A stretch of 64,000 nt of DNA from a bacterium (GTDB taxonomy: Bacteria; UBA8248). Shown here piece by piece: positions 1-8,975 of this stretch. The notes below the pieces were generated by a model, which did no database searches, was not told the DNA's origin, and saw only the letters and a program-made list of their open reading frames with translations. Where the stretch lies: assembly GCA_965213625.1 (NCBI GenBank), contig CBDBZU010000004.1, positions 1,632,001 through 1,696,000 of the forward strand. Direction: 5' to 3'. Made by a program: the position numbers and the translations under genes. The first letter of the stretch is position 1, and every line of letters begins with the position of its first letter.

Positions 1-237
1 GCGCGGGTGAACCCCCGGCACAGGAGCTACCGTCTCTCCCAACTCGCTATCGGCGCGGTGCGTCTCGAACGCATCGCGGCGAAATGGGCCGCCGCCCGCC
101 TCCCGAGCGAAAAGGCGCGCTTTAGCTGCTCGGCCCTCGCCACCCCCGATGCGGGCGACACCCGGCCGATCTCGCAAGATTTGCTCAGGAAGCTGCGCGA
201 CGCTGCACCGTATCGCCTGGCGGAGGCGCCTGTATGA
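1..237 (+). CDS. Terminase large subunit, C-terminal end of the ATPase portion (lambda gpA-like; 5'-truncated by window edge)
   Basis: Frame 1 is open from base 1: ARVNPRHRSYRLSQLAIG...KWAAA...RFSCSALATP resembles the gpA-type (G/S)Y-x-L-S-Q-L...W...F-x-N-x-x-L-G-x-P segment. The stop overlaps the next ATG (ATGA 234-237). Lies directly upstream of the nuclease domain and portal. Confidence 0.6.
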   Translation, partial: ARVNPRHRSYRLSQLAIGAVRLERIAAKWAAARLPSEKARFSCSALATPDAGDTRPISQDLLRKLRDAAPYRLAEAPV

Positions 238-881
238 GCGCGGCACCTCGCTTCTGCGGAATCGACACGGGCGATCGCTGCGCGCTTGCCGTGCGCGAAC
301 GGGGGGAGGATCGGCCCGCCCGGTGGATTTATTTTGAAGCGCCTCCTGTTGAACGCCTCATCGAGCGCTGCCGCGCCGTGTTCTCGGCCCTGGGTGTCGA
401 GGCCTTCGTGGTCGACGGCGGACCCCATACCCTGGCCGCGCGCGCGGTGTACGACTTGAACCCCGAGGGCGGCTTCATCTGGCGGCACACCGAGGGCGAG
501 ATGCAGACCAAGGGCGTCTCGTTTCTGGGTGTTGAGCGCCGCCATGTGCGGATGAACCGAGAGGACTTGCTGGATCACCTCGTGGAGGAGTTTCACGAGG
601 GGGCCGGGCGGGTCTTGCTGCCGCAGCCCGGAGATACAGGGGAGGAGGCGCTACTGGCCGAGGTGGAGCGTCACCTGATGAATTTGAGGAAAAAGCCGCG
701 CATCCGCTCCTCCGGGGAGACGGTGCTGGCGTATGAGCGGAACGAGAACCATTTCGGCTTCGCCTGCGCCTATGCGCGGCTGGCCGAATCCCTGGTGCTG
801 AGCGAGGGAATACTGGCCCCACTCGCCGGGGGAACGGTGATGCCGCAGGCTTTTCACAAGCGGATGCTCAAGAGGAGATGA
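234..881 (+). CDS. Terminase large subunit nuclease (RNase H-fold) domain as a separate ORF
   Basis: Motifs FCGIDTG, FVVDGGP, MNREDLLD, ENHFGFACAYA. GGAGG RBS 8 nt upstream. Translationally coupled to the portal gene. Confidence 0.7.
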   Translation: MSAAPRFCGIDTGDRCALAVRERGEDRPARWIYFEAPPVERLIERCRAVFSALGVEAFVVDGGPHTLAARAVYDLNPEGGFIWRHTEGEMQTKGVSFLGVERRHVRMNREDLLDHLVEEFHEGAGRVLLPQPGDTGEEALLAEVERHLMNLRKKPRIRSSGETVLAYERNENHFGFACAYARLAESLVLSEGILAPLAGGTVMPQAFHKRMLKRR

Positions 882-2233
882 AAATGGAGAGTGTAAAAAG
901 GGTGAAGGCAGCCGGGCGGAAATCGGGGGCAGGGAGAAAAGGGGATGCCGCGCAGCGTGCAGGGCGAATGAGCGCAGAGATTGACCCGGATGAGCGAATC
1001 TGGCGGCCTCTGGGGGAGGGGCGCGGCGGAGTTTCGCCCTATGCGCACGCGCGCATGCAGTCGTTGGCGTATGAGTTGTGGCTCACGAACTTGATGGGTC
1101 AGCGCCTCATCGAAATCGTGACGGATCACGTCGTGGGCGAGGGAATAAGCTGGCACGGGGAGGATGAGCGCGCATTAAACGTCGTAAAGGCGTTCTGGAA
1201 CGATCCCGTGAACCAGATGGATATCCGCTTCGAGCGGCTGGTCTCTGAACTCGGCATCTTTGGGGAGCTCCTCCTGCCCGCCGCCGTCTCGCGCTTCGAG
1301 GGGCGCGTCCGGCTGGGCTACGTCAGTCCCCGGCTTATAGAAGAGGTGGTGACGGACCCGGACAACTGCGCTCTGCCCATCGGGGTCGTCCTGCGCGCAC
1401 AGGGGCCGGGCGGTGTGGCTCGTAATGGCAAGCGTATCCGGACGGTGCTGGGTGGCGATCCGCGCGGCTATCTGAGCGCCTCCGCCCAAAAGGAACGCGC
1501 GCGCTTCACGGACGGGGAGGCGTTCCTGTTCCAGATCAACAAGGCGAGCGACGCCGCGCGCGGCGCTTCGGACCTGCTCGCCGCCATCGATTGGATAGAC
1601 ACCTATGAGCGCTTCATCTTCGACACCGTGGAGCGCGCGCGCCTGCAGAACAGCTTCATCTACGACGTCACCCTGAAGGGCGCAGGCCCCGAGAAGATAG
1701 CCGAGTGGCTCGCCGAGAACGGCGTCGCGCCCAAACCCTCGAGCGTGCGCGTGCACAACGAAAAAGAGGAGTGGCAGGCCGTCTCGCCCGACTTGAAAGG
1801 AGGCGAGTCTGGTGCGCAAGGCATCGCAAAGATGATGCGGGGCCTGCTTCTGGGCGGCGTGGGCGTTCCCTCCCATTGGTTCGCCCAGGGAGAGGACGTG
1901 AACCGCGCCTCGGCCGAGTCGATGGATCAGCCCACGCTCAAGAAGATGACGCGCCGCCAGCGCACCGTGCGCCACATATTACAGGCCATGGCCGACAAGC
2001 AGTTGGAAGAAGCCCACCGCGCAGGCGCGCTGCCCGAAGAAGCGCTGCGCTCGGGCGTCTCTCCCGTTCTGCCGGATATCTCCGTCCGCGACACGGAAAA
2101 GATGTCCGAGGCGCTCCTGCGCGTCAGCACGGCGCTGGAAACGGCGACCTCACGCGGCTGGATGAGCGACGATGCCGCCGGCAAGCTCATCACCCACCTC
2201 GCGGGCCAGTTCGGTATGAATCTGGAGGGGTAG
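878..2233 (+). CDS. Phage portal protein
   Basis: 451 aa with NLMGQRLIEIVTDHVVGEGI, ELGIFGELLL, FLFQINKASDAARGASDL, GVPSHWF...NRASAESMDQPTLKKMTRRQ. Follows terminase in canonical order. Confidence 0.85.
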   Translation: MKMESVKRVKAAGRKSGAGRKGDAAQRAGRMSAEIDPDERIWRPLGEGRGGVSPYAHARMQSLAYELWLTNLMGQRLIEIVTDHVVGEGISWHGEDERALNVVKAFWNDPVNQMDIRFERLVSELGIFGELLLPAAVSRFEGRVRLGYVSPRLIEEVVTDPDNCALPIGVVLRAQGPGGVARNGKRIRTVLGGDPRGYLSASAQKERARFTDGEAFLFQINKASDAARGASDLLAAIDWIDTYERFIFDTVERARLQNSFIYDVTLKGAGPEKIAEWLAENGVAPKPSSVRVHNEKEEWQAVSPDLKGGESGAQGIAKMMRGLLLGGVGVPSHWFAQGEDVNRASAESMDQPTLKKMTRRQRTVRHILQAMADKQLEEAHRAGALPEEALRSGVSPVLPDISVRDTEKMSEALLRVSTALETATSRGWMSDDAAGKLITHLAGQFGMNLEG

Positions 2234-2240
2234 GGGTTCT

Positions 2241-3341
2241 CTAGTCCAAGAACTCCCGCGCAGATTTGATCGGCGTTCCGTCTTTTCTGGTGATGGCTCT
2301 GGTGACGCTCAGGTTGTAGCTCGCCGTCAGGACGGCCTGCATGTGGCGGCCGTGGCCGCCTGCTATGACGATGAGGATGTCTTCGGGCCTCGGGACGATG
2401 GGGGCCATGTCCTCATCCTCATCGAGATTCACGAAAGGAGCGAGCGGCGTCATGTCGAAGCCGCCGCGGTCGCGCATCAGGCGAATCGGCTGGCGCGCGT
2501 TCTCGAAGATGAACTGGGAAACATCGGCCTTCGTCCACCCCTGATCCGAGAGCCATGTGGCGGCTTCCGCGGTCAGGACGAGCATCTGCTCGCTCGGCAG
2601 CCCGCTCCGGTAGACGCCGTTCGCGCCGAGGTGGCTCATGGCCGAAGCCGCCGTGCCCAGGTACTTGTGGGCCGTCTTGCTCACCAGGTCGTTCACGTTG
2701 TGGGGCGACTCCGCGCAGAGCATGGTGACGGCGGAAGTATCGGGCGCAAGGCCTCTATCCACATGAAAGGAGGGCCAGGGGCTTCCCTCCTCGTCCTCGC
2801 CGATGGTGTAGGAGTATTTGCCCGGATGCCCGTGGGTGGCCATGTCCGTCACGCCGGGGATGCCGCCGCCGGCGTTCATCATCAGGAGCCTCACCGCGCG
2901 GCCGAGCGTCGCGTTCGCGCGCCGGCCCTGGCCGAACACGTTCTGGCGGCAGTTGACCTCCAGTTCGTTTCGGATAGGCCCGTGGACGATCATCAGGTGC
3001 GCGCCCGGATGGGTGGTCGTCTGGCGGCCGTAGAGGTTGTAGGCGGGTTCCGTCATGGCCTGCATGGCGGCGATGAGTACGGGCAGGTATTCAGGTTTGC
3101 AGCCCGCCATCACGGCGTTGATGGCGATGACTTCCGCCGTGGCGGGTGCGTTCCGTGGCGGAACATGGGCGATGACGTCGCCCGGCGCGTAGTCCGTGAA
3201 GCGCAATGTTTCTGCGACGCGCTCCTCGGTCGGCGGGATGATGGGCAGCCCGTCCGTCCAGCCCTCCTCGTAGAAGTGCTCGTATATCGCGCCTGCGTCT
3301 TCATCGAGTGCTATCTGGCGGGCGGGTTCTGGCGCGTCCAT
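2241..3341 (-). CDS. Conserved protein usually encoded next to or fused with UGSC (seleno)proteins
   Basis: GWTDGLPIIPPTEERV, IAINAVMAGCKPEYLPV, RANATLGRAVRL, GHPGKY motifs. ATG at 3341 lies just after the UGSC stop. Confidence 0.8.
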   Translation of the reverse strand: MDAPEPARQIALDEDAGAIYEHFYEEGWTDGLPIIPPTEERVAETLRFTDYAPGDVIAHVPPRNAPATAEVIAINAVMAGCKPEYLPVLIAAMQAMTEPAYNLYGRQTTTHPGAHLMIVHGPIRNELEVNCRQNVFGQGRRANATLGRAVRLLMMNAGGGIPGVTDMATHGHPGKYSYTIGEDEEGSPWPSFHVDRGLAPDTSAVTMLCAESPHNVNDLVSKTAHKYLGTAASAMSHLGANGVYRSGLPSEQMLVLTAEAATWLSDQGWTKADVSQFIFENARQPIRLMRDRGGFDMTPLAPFVNLDEDEDMAPIVPRPEDILIVIAGGHGRHMQAVLTASYNLSVTRAITRKDGTPIKSAREFLD

Positions 3342-3348
3342 GCCGATA

Positions 3349-3903
3349 TCAAGCGCTCGCCTGCGTGAGGGCCGCCGCGAGATGCGCGCTTGCTCTCGCC
3401 GACATCTCATCCACCTCCTCGCGCTTTCTGCCCGCAATGGGGTGGGGAAGTGCGACGAGGGGAAGATCGCTCATCTTGTGCAGCTTGGTGAGTTGCTTCG
3501 CGTATGTCTCAAACGCGTCGGTGACGATGGTGACCGTGGCCAGCCCTCTTTTCTCTAAAGCGACGCTGTCGTGGATACTCCACGATGTGCACGAGCCTCA
3601 GTCGCCGAGTGCGGAAACAACGGCGTCGCACTCTCCTTCCACCTGCTCCATGAGGGCGGGCGATGCGCCGCTCACGGATTCCTTCCGGTAGCGCACAACG
3701 CGCACGCCCGGGAACTGTTTTTCAAGCGCGGCGCCCATGACGCTTAAAATCTTATCGGTGAAATCCTTCGTGTTGTTGATGAGGCCGACGCTCATGCCGT
3801 TCAGGCTTTCTGGCCGCGCCGCCATGACGGCGCTCGCGCCCGGAGCCTCCGCCACGGGTTCGTAGACGAGAATTTTTTCCTTTTCCTTCGTCATTTCACT
3901 CAT
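3349..3903 (-). CDS. UGSC-family selenoprotein (Sec at TGA 3598-3600)
   Basis: Reads ...VVSALGD-TGA-GSCTSWSIHDSVALEKRGLATVTIVTDAF...LPHPI...QASA-stop(3349-3351). GGAGG RBS before ATG 3903. Hairpin downstream of the TGA. Confidence 0.9.
3569..3585 (-). promoter_or_regulatory. Putative bacterial SECIS element
   Basis: TCGTGGA-GTA-TCCACGA, a perfect 7-bp stem with the loop G 20 nt after the TGA. Confidence 0.75.
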
Positions 3904-4053
3904 GTCCACCCTCCAGTGAATGATTGTCGGGGAGGTCGAAATCTCCTGTCTCGGTCATTTCCAGCCATTCTAACCGAAGCGGCGGCCCGAGGGAAAACCA
4001 TGGTTTTTACCCGGTTAGGCTTCGGGGCGTCACTCACGCTGAATCTAGGTTCT

Positions 4054-5055
4054 TTACCCGATCCCCCGAACATCCTTCGCCCAGGCGTTCATGAAGACCG
4101 TCCTGTCGGGCAGGTTGTTGTTGATGCGGAGCCCCCTGACGCCCAGGTTTTCCAGGTCTTCCAGCCTTTTCCGGCATTCGGCGGGTGTGCCGACGATGGC
4201 GAATCGCTCCGCCAGGTAGTCCCTCAGGCCGTACTCGTCGACTAGGCCTGCGTTGTTCGACTTGTCCATGAAGCCGTGCTCCGAGGTCTGGTATCCGTCT
4301 CTGAGTGCGCGGATGCCGGATTCGAGTTCGGTGGGGATTCGCTTGTTCTCCAGCGTGAAGGCGAACGAGTGGTGCGCGCTCGCGGCGAGGGCGGTGCGGA
4401 TGTCTTCGCGGGCGTGCTCCCCGTCCGCGTCCACGTGGGCGTCCACCAGCCACCATAGGTCAAGTTCTTCCACCCTCCGGCCTGATTTCTTGGCGCCCTC
4501 GTCGATGAAGGAGAGCGTGTCCGCGATGACTTCTGGAATCAGGCCCGTTCCGATGATGACGCCGTCGGCCACCTCGCCCGCGAGGCGCAGCGTCTTGGGG
4601 CCTTCTGCGGCGATGTGAATAGGCACGTGGGCTTTGTGCCAGCTCAGCCGGGCGTTATTCCCTTTGTACTGCGCGCTTCCATCTTCGAGCATGCCTCGCA
4701 CGGCGAGAATGTATTCGCGCATCTCGGCGAGCTTCGCGGGCCTTAATCCCAGATTTAGTACGGCGCTGTCGCCCGTGGCGATCCCCCAGAAGGCGCGCCC
4801 GCCGGAGAGTTCGCTGATGGTGCCGATGGCGCTTGCTGCCACCGCCGGGTGGCGCGTGACGGGGTTCGTGACGCACGGCCCGAAGATAATCTCGCTCGTC
4901 TCCATCGCGCATATCGCACAGGAGACGTAGACTTCTCTGTAAAGGGACTGGGTGTCGGGGATGAATACCGCGTCGAAGCCGAGTTCTTCCGCGCACTTAC
5001 ACCAGCGGGCGAATGAATCCGTGTCGGGCGGTCTGAATGAAATGCCGTGTCTCAT
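4054..5055 (-). CDS. LLM-class (Mer-like, probably F420-dependent) oxidoreductase
   Basis: AEELGFDAVFIPDTQSLYRE, GPCVTNPVTRHP, AAEGPKTLRLAGEVADG. Confidence 0.85.
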   Translation of the reverse strand: MRHGISFRPPDTDSFARWCKCAEELGFDAVFIPDTQSLYREVYVSCAICAMETSEIIFGPCVTNPVTRHPAVAASAIGTISELSGGRAFWGIATGDSAVLNLGLRPAKLAEMREYILAVRGMLEDGSAQYKGNNARLSWHKAHVPIHIAAEGPKTLRLAGEVADGVIIGTGLIPEVIADTLSFIDEGAKKSGRRVEELDLWWLVDAHVDADGEHAREDIRTALAASAHHSFAFTLENKRIPTELESGIRALRDGYQTSEHGFMDKSNNAGLVDEYGLRDYLAERFAIVGTPAECRKRLEDLENLGVRGLRINNNLPDRTVFMNAWAKDVRGIG

Positions 5056-5072
5056 GAAGGTGTCCTCTCAGG

Positions 5073-6077
5073 TTACTTGCTCCGGCTGATTATCTCGCGG
5101 CCCCACGCCCGGATGAAGGCGGGCTTGTCGTGCACGTGGGCGGCGATCCTCAAGTTCTCGACGCCGAATGAATTCATGTCCGCTATCTTCTGCCTGCACT
5201 CTTCGGGCGAGCCTGCGATGGCGAAGCGATCGAGCAGGTATTCGCGTAGGCCGAGCCTGTCCACGAGTTCGGCGTTCGTCTGCTTGTCCACCATCTCGTG
5301 CTCGTGGAACGCATATCCTTTTTTGAGTGATTCAACGGCGGAGAGGAGTTCTTTGGGAATCCGCTTGCCCTCGAGCGTGAAGCGAAAGGCGTGGTGCGCG
5401 CTCGCGGCCAGCGCCATGCGGATTTCTTCGCGTGCCTGTTCGCCGTCATCGCGCACGTTCACCTTCGCGAGCCACCAGATGTCCAGATCGCTCAGCTTGC
5501 GGCCCGATTTCCTGGCGCCCTCTTCCAACCAGGTGAGGGAATCGGCCGCGACTTCGGGCGTGAGGCCGGTACCGATAGTGACGCCGTCCGCAATCTCGCC
5601 CGCAAGCCGGATGGTGCGCGGTCCTTCGGCGGCGATGTAGAGGGGGATGCGCTTTTTGTGCCAGTTCAGGGTACAGGGCTTTCCCCGGTAGTGGGCCGTA
5701 CCCTCCTCCAACATCCCGCGCATGGCGAGCACGTAGTCTCTCATGTCGTCCACGCGGCCGGGGCGCAGGCCCAGGTTCAATACGGCGCTGTCACCCGTGG
5801 CGATTCCGAACAGCGCGCGGCCGCCCGAGAACTCATCCACCGTGGCGATGGCGCTCGCCGCCGTCGCGGGATGCCGCGTGAGGGGATTGGTGACGTTGGG
5901 GCCGAGCAGGACGCGCTTTGTGTTCGCCGCGCAAATGGCGCACGAGACGTAAAGCTCCCGATAGAGCGATTGTGAGTCCGGCACCCAGACGACGTCGAAG
6001 CCCGCTTCTTCCGAGAGTCGGCACCAGTGCGCGTAAGTCTCGGGCGCAGGGGGCAGCATGGCGATTCCGTGTTTCAT
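5073..6077 (-). CDS. LLM-class (Mer-like) oxidoreductase, tandem paralogue
   Basis: SEEAGFDVVWVPDSQSLYRE, GPNVTNPLTRHP, AAEGPRTIRLAGEIADG. Start MKHGIAML after AGGAG. Confidence 0.85.
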   Translation of the reverse strand: MKHGIAMLPPAPETYAHWCRLSEEAGFDVVWVPDSQSLYRELYVSCAICAANTKRVLLGPNVTNPLTRHPATAASAIATVDEFSGGRALFGIATGDSAVLNLGLRPGRVDDMRDYVLAMRGMLEEGTAHYRGKPCTLNWHKKRIPLYIAAEGPRTIRLAGEIADGVTIGTGLTPEVAADSLTWLEEGARKSGRKLSDLDIWWLAKVNVRDDGEQAREEIRMALAASAHHAFRFTLEGKRIPKELLSAVESLKKGYAFHEHEMVDKQTNAELVDRLGLREYLLDRFAIAGSPEECRQKIADMNSFGVENLRIAAHVHDKPAFIRAWGREIISRSK

Positions 6078-6091
6078 TTCGAAAATATCTC

Positions 6092-6997
6092 CTATTCTGG
6101 AACTCTCATCTGCACGCCGCCCGCGCGCTCTTCCTGGAGCGTCATGGCGCGTCTCGCATCTTCCTCCCCCCATCCCCGGTTCAGGCCCGTGATAAGCTCC
6201 CCGTAAGCGATGTTGCCAATCGCCATGGGTACGTCGTGCTCGCGGGCGAGTTGGAGTGCGAGGCCGACGTCCTTCACCGAGCCCTTCATGGGAAAATGCG
6301 GCTCGTCGAATTTCCCCTTGAAGAAAGTCTCGGGGAAGATGAAGTGAAAGTGCACGCCCCGGCCTACCGCGCCGTTACGAATCGTCTCGGCCAGGACATC
6401 GGGCGCTGCGCCCGCCTTGACGCCCAGGGTGTAGCATTCCGCCGCGAGGGCCTGAATGCCGTAGCTCATGCAATTATGGGCGAGCTTGCACACGGTGCCG
6501 GTTCCGATGGGGCCGGTGTAGGTGGGGCGGTCTCCCATGGCGTCGAAAAGGGGCTTGCAGCGCTCATACATCTCCTCCTCACCCCCCACCATCACGGCAA
6601 GGCGGCCCGTGTTCGCGCCGATGGTGGAGCCGCTCACGGGAGCGTCGAGCATGTGCGCGCCCGCTTCTGAGAATTTCTCGTGTATGCGGCGGACGATGGC
6701 GGGGTATCCCGTGCTCAAGTCGACGAAGACTTTCCCCGCGCTGATGCCTGCAAGAATGCCGTTCGGCCCCGTGGCGACGCTCTCGACTTCCTTGGGTCCG
6801 GGCAGCGAGGTGAAGATGATCTCGCTCGCGCGGGCCACTTCTTCGGGGGAATCCGCCCAGAGCGCGCCTCTTTCTAAGTGGTCAGCCGCCGCTTCCGGGG
6901 CGATGTCGTGAACGACGAGCTCATAGCCCGCCTTCTGGAGGTTGGCAGCCATGCCGGCCCCCATGTTTCCCAGTCCGATAAATCCGATTTTCATCAT
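6092..6997 (-). CDS. NAD(P)-dependent beta-hydroxyacid dehydrogenase (MmsB/GarR family)
   Basis: KIGFIGLGNMG, DAPVSG, KLAHN motifs. Confidence 0.9.
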   Translation of the reverse strand: MMKIGFIGLGNMGAGMAANLQKAGYELVVHDIAPEAAADHLERGALWADSPEEVARASEIIFTSLPGPKEVESVATGPNGILAGISAGKVFVDLSTGYPAIVRRIHEKFSEAGAHMLDAPVSGSTIGANTGRLAVMVGGEEEMYERCKPLFDAMGDRPTYTGPIGTGTVCKLAHNCMSYGIQALAAECYTLGVKAGAAPDVLAETIRNGAVGRGVHFHFIFPETFFKGKFDEPHFPMKGSVKDVGLALQLAREHDVPMAIGNIAYGELITGLNRGWGEEDARRAMTLQEERAGGVQMRVPE

Positions 6998-7199
6998 CGA
7001 TTCCTTTTTGGGTTGCGAATTTCGCAAAGTGGCGTCTCTTTCGTTCCAGGCTCCGCATGTTGGAGACGAAAAAGGAGAATCTGTAAAATGAATGCAATCC
7101 ATTCCAAAAACAAGTTAAGATGAGGGGAATCAGGGAAAATATAGACGCAGAGAAGAGAAAACATCGGCGGAAAGGTGGAACTCAACGGGAGATGCGGAA

Positions 7200-7673
7200 A
7201 TGGGGACACGGGAAGCTTTTATGAGAAAGGCGATATCGCTCGCTTCTCAAAACGTGAGGGAAGGACTCGGCGGGCCTTTCGGGTCCGTCGTCGTGAAGGA
7301 TGGCGAAATCATCGGCGAGGGTACGAACCGGGTGACGTCATCTTGCGATCCCACAGCCCATGCCGAGATGATCGCCATACGGGCGGCCTGCGCGAAACTG
7401 AAGAATTTCGATTTGTCAGGCTGTGAGATATATACGAGCTGTGAACCCTGCCCGATGTGTTTGAGCGCAATTTACTGGTCGAGACTCGACCGTATGTATT
7501 TTGGAAACTCCATCGTCGAGGCTGACGCCATCGGGTTTTCCGATGAATTTCTCTACAAGGAAATCGCCCTGCCGGTCGCTGACAGAAAGCTCGAAGCAAC
7601 GCGGCTCCTGGAAGATGAAGCCCTCGAATCCTTCAATCTATGGGCGCAGATGGAGGACAAGATTTCCTACTGA
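7200..7673 (+). CDS. guaD: Guanine deaminase (cytidine-deaminase fold)
   Basis: GGPFG, DPTAHAE, YTSCEPCPMCLSAIYW, IGFSDEFLY. Confidence 0.85.
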   Translation: MGTREAFMRKAISLASQNVREGLGGPFGSVVVKDGEIIGEGTNRVTSSCDPTAHAEMIAIRAACAKLKNFDLSGCEIYTSCEPCPMCLSAIYWSRLDRMYFGNSIVEADAIGFSDEFLYKEIALPVADRKLEATRLLEDEALESFNLWAQMEDKISY

Positions 7674-7783
7674 ACGCAATTTTAATGCGTTGCCTATCTC
7701 CCTGCCGGTATCAAACTACCCGGAAAGTTGTATATCTCCCGTGCGAGGCTCCATTGATTGAGGAGAACTCGCTATCTCCGCTA

Positions 7784-8281
7784 TTATGAAATTTCCTTTG
7801 GCGCGGTTTCATCTTCCCTTAATACGACGATTCGCTCCTCGAGTTTTGGCGGCGTCATCAGCGTGTTGTGGATGGGGCAGTTCTCAAGTTCATCGAGAAG
7901 TTCCGCCTTTTGTTCTTCCGTTACGTCGCCGTGTATGTAATAGCTCGTGCGGATTATGCCGATGGCGAGTTTTCTCCGCTCCGGGTCCGCGTGGTAATCC
8001 GAGTGAAATTTAGGCGTTATGTTCCGTTTGAACTCCGCGTGGACTTCGACGTCGTCTATCTGGATGCCCTTGGCCTTCGCTGCTCCCAGCAGCGTGTATA
8101 GGCCTCAGCCCGCGTGCCCTGCGATGAAGAACTCGAACGGCGTGGCGGCCAGGTCCGTGCCACCTCTGGTTTCGGGTTCATCGAGCACGTAGGAGTGCTT
8201 GCCCGTGGTGGTGAGCATCTGAAGCTGCGTGCCCTGAATGTGGCGGAGGATGACTTGCGGCGTGTTCGGTCTTTCCGGCAT
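7784..8281 (-). CDS. OsmC-like selenoprotein (Sec at TGA 8105-8107)
   Basis: DEPETRGGTDLAATPFEFFIAGHAG-TGA-GLYTLLGAAKAKGIQIDDVEV...ELENCPIHNTL...EIS-TAA. The TGA sits at the first catalytic Cys position of OsmC. GAGGAG RBS. Confidence 0.85.
8072..8104 (-). promoter_or_regulatory. Putative bacterial SECIS element
   Basis: GGCCT-ATACA-CGCTGCT-GGG-AGCAGCG-A-AGGCC immediately after the TGA, with the first loop G at +18. Confidence 0.75.
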
Positions 8282-8416
8282 GAAGATGACTCCTCGGTTA
8301 CGTTGTGGTTTATTTGTCGGTGCGATGGATTCTAGCAAAGTTAGGAGCGGGATTCTTCCCGCAAAATATTTATGGCTTCGTAGTTTGTGTTCTCATTCAA
8401 AAAGGGGGAAGGCGTT

Positions 8417-8611
8417 TTGAGTTTTCATCATGCCAGAGAGGTTTTCACCGACATGCTCGATTCGGTGAACGCGGAGGAAGAGCCGGAAAAACACCAGCTC
8501 TACAATGGGCTCACCCTGCTCGCTGAGGGGTTCGAGTATGACTTCAACATGATCAAGAACAGGCTCCAGCAACTCGAAATCGAGATGCGAAAACTCGAGG
8601 GAAAGAGCTAG
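8417..8611 (+). CDS. Small hypothetical protein (64 aa, C-terminal coiled coil)
   Basis: TTG start after GGGGG. Protein-like helical sequence followed by a terminator. Confidence 0.6.
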   Translation: MSFHHAREVFTDMLDSVNAEEEPEKHQLYNGLTLLAEGFEYDFNMIKNRLQQLEIEMRKLEGKS

Positions 8612-8654
8612 AAAAAAAAGAAGAGCGGGGCATTGCACCCCGCTCTCTTTTTTT
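8612..8654. terminator. Bidirectional rho-independent terminator
   Basis: A-tract, AGAGCGGGG / CCCCGCTCT stem, T-tract. Confidence 0.8.
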
Positions 8655-8843
8655 GCTTTTCTCAGGTGAGAACTCATCTCACCTCAAAAAGGCGTTTTGT
8701 CGCCTTTTATTTGGTCATCAGCCTTTGTCTTCCTCCCCGCCCGGCTGATGCGATGGGGCCGGGGAGGGTGGCGTTTCCGCACGGCTGAAGCGATTTATCG
8801 TAGATGTCATCGCATCCTCCTTCTGTAGAAGGGTTTCCTTGTG

Positions 8844-8970
8844 CCGGGCCGGAGCCGCTTTCTTTGACGACTCCTTGCCGCCTCACTTGGGCCAGCCAAG
8901 TACCATCAATGATGGTTCGCCCGCCTCGCTCGTCAAAGCGCTTGGACGTCTCAGCGACGGTAGCCCGGTT
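8844..8970 (-). ncRNA. Unassigned structured RNA or leader candidate
   Basis: Nested stems CCGGGC/GCCCGG and CTTTGACGA/TCGTCAAAG enclose two adjacent hairpins (ACCATC/GATGGT and ACTTGG/CCAAGT). A sigma70-like promoter lies directly upstream. Confidence 0.45.
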
Positions 8971-8975
8971 CCTTC

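Noticed and set aside
3349-8281. The two in-frame TGA genes as pseudogenes
   Set aside because: Each TGA sits at a conserved Cys/Sec position, the downstream frame stays intact, and a SECIS-like hairpin follows.
8393-8677. 94-aa minus-strand ORF with a GAGGTG RBS
   Set aside because: It runs through the bidirectional terminator and lies antisense to the better plus-strand small gene.
8844-8970. c-di-AMP (ydaO), c-di-GMP-I, SAM-I riboswitch or glmS ribozyme
   Set aside because: Only short fragments resemble them (CGCTGA, GGTAGCCCGG, CTGGCCC, TTGACGAG), and the core conserved elements are absent.
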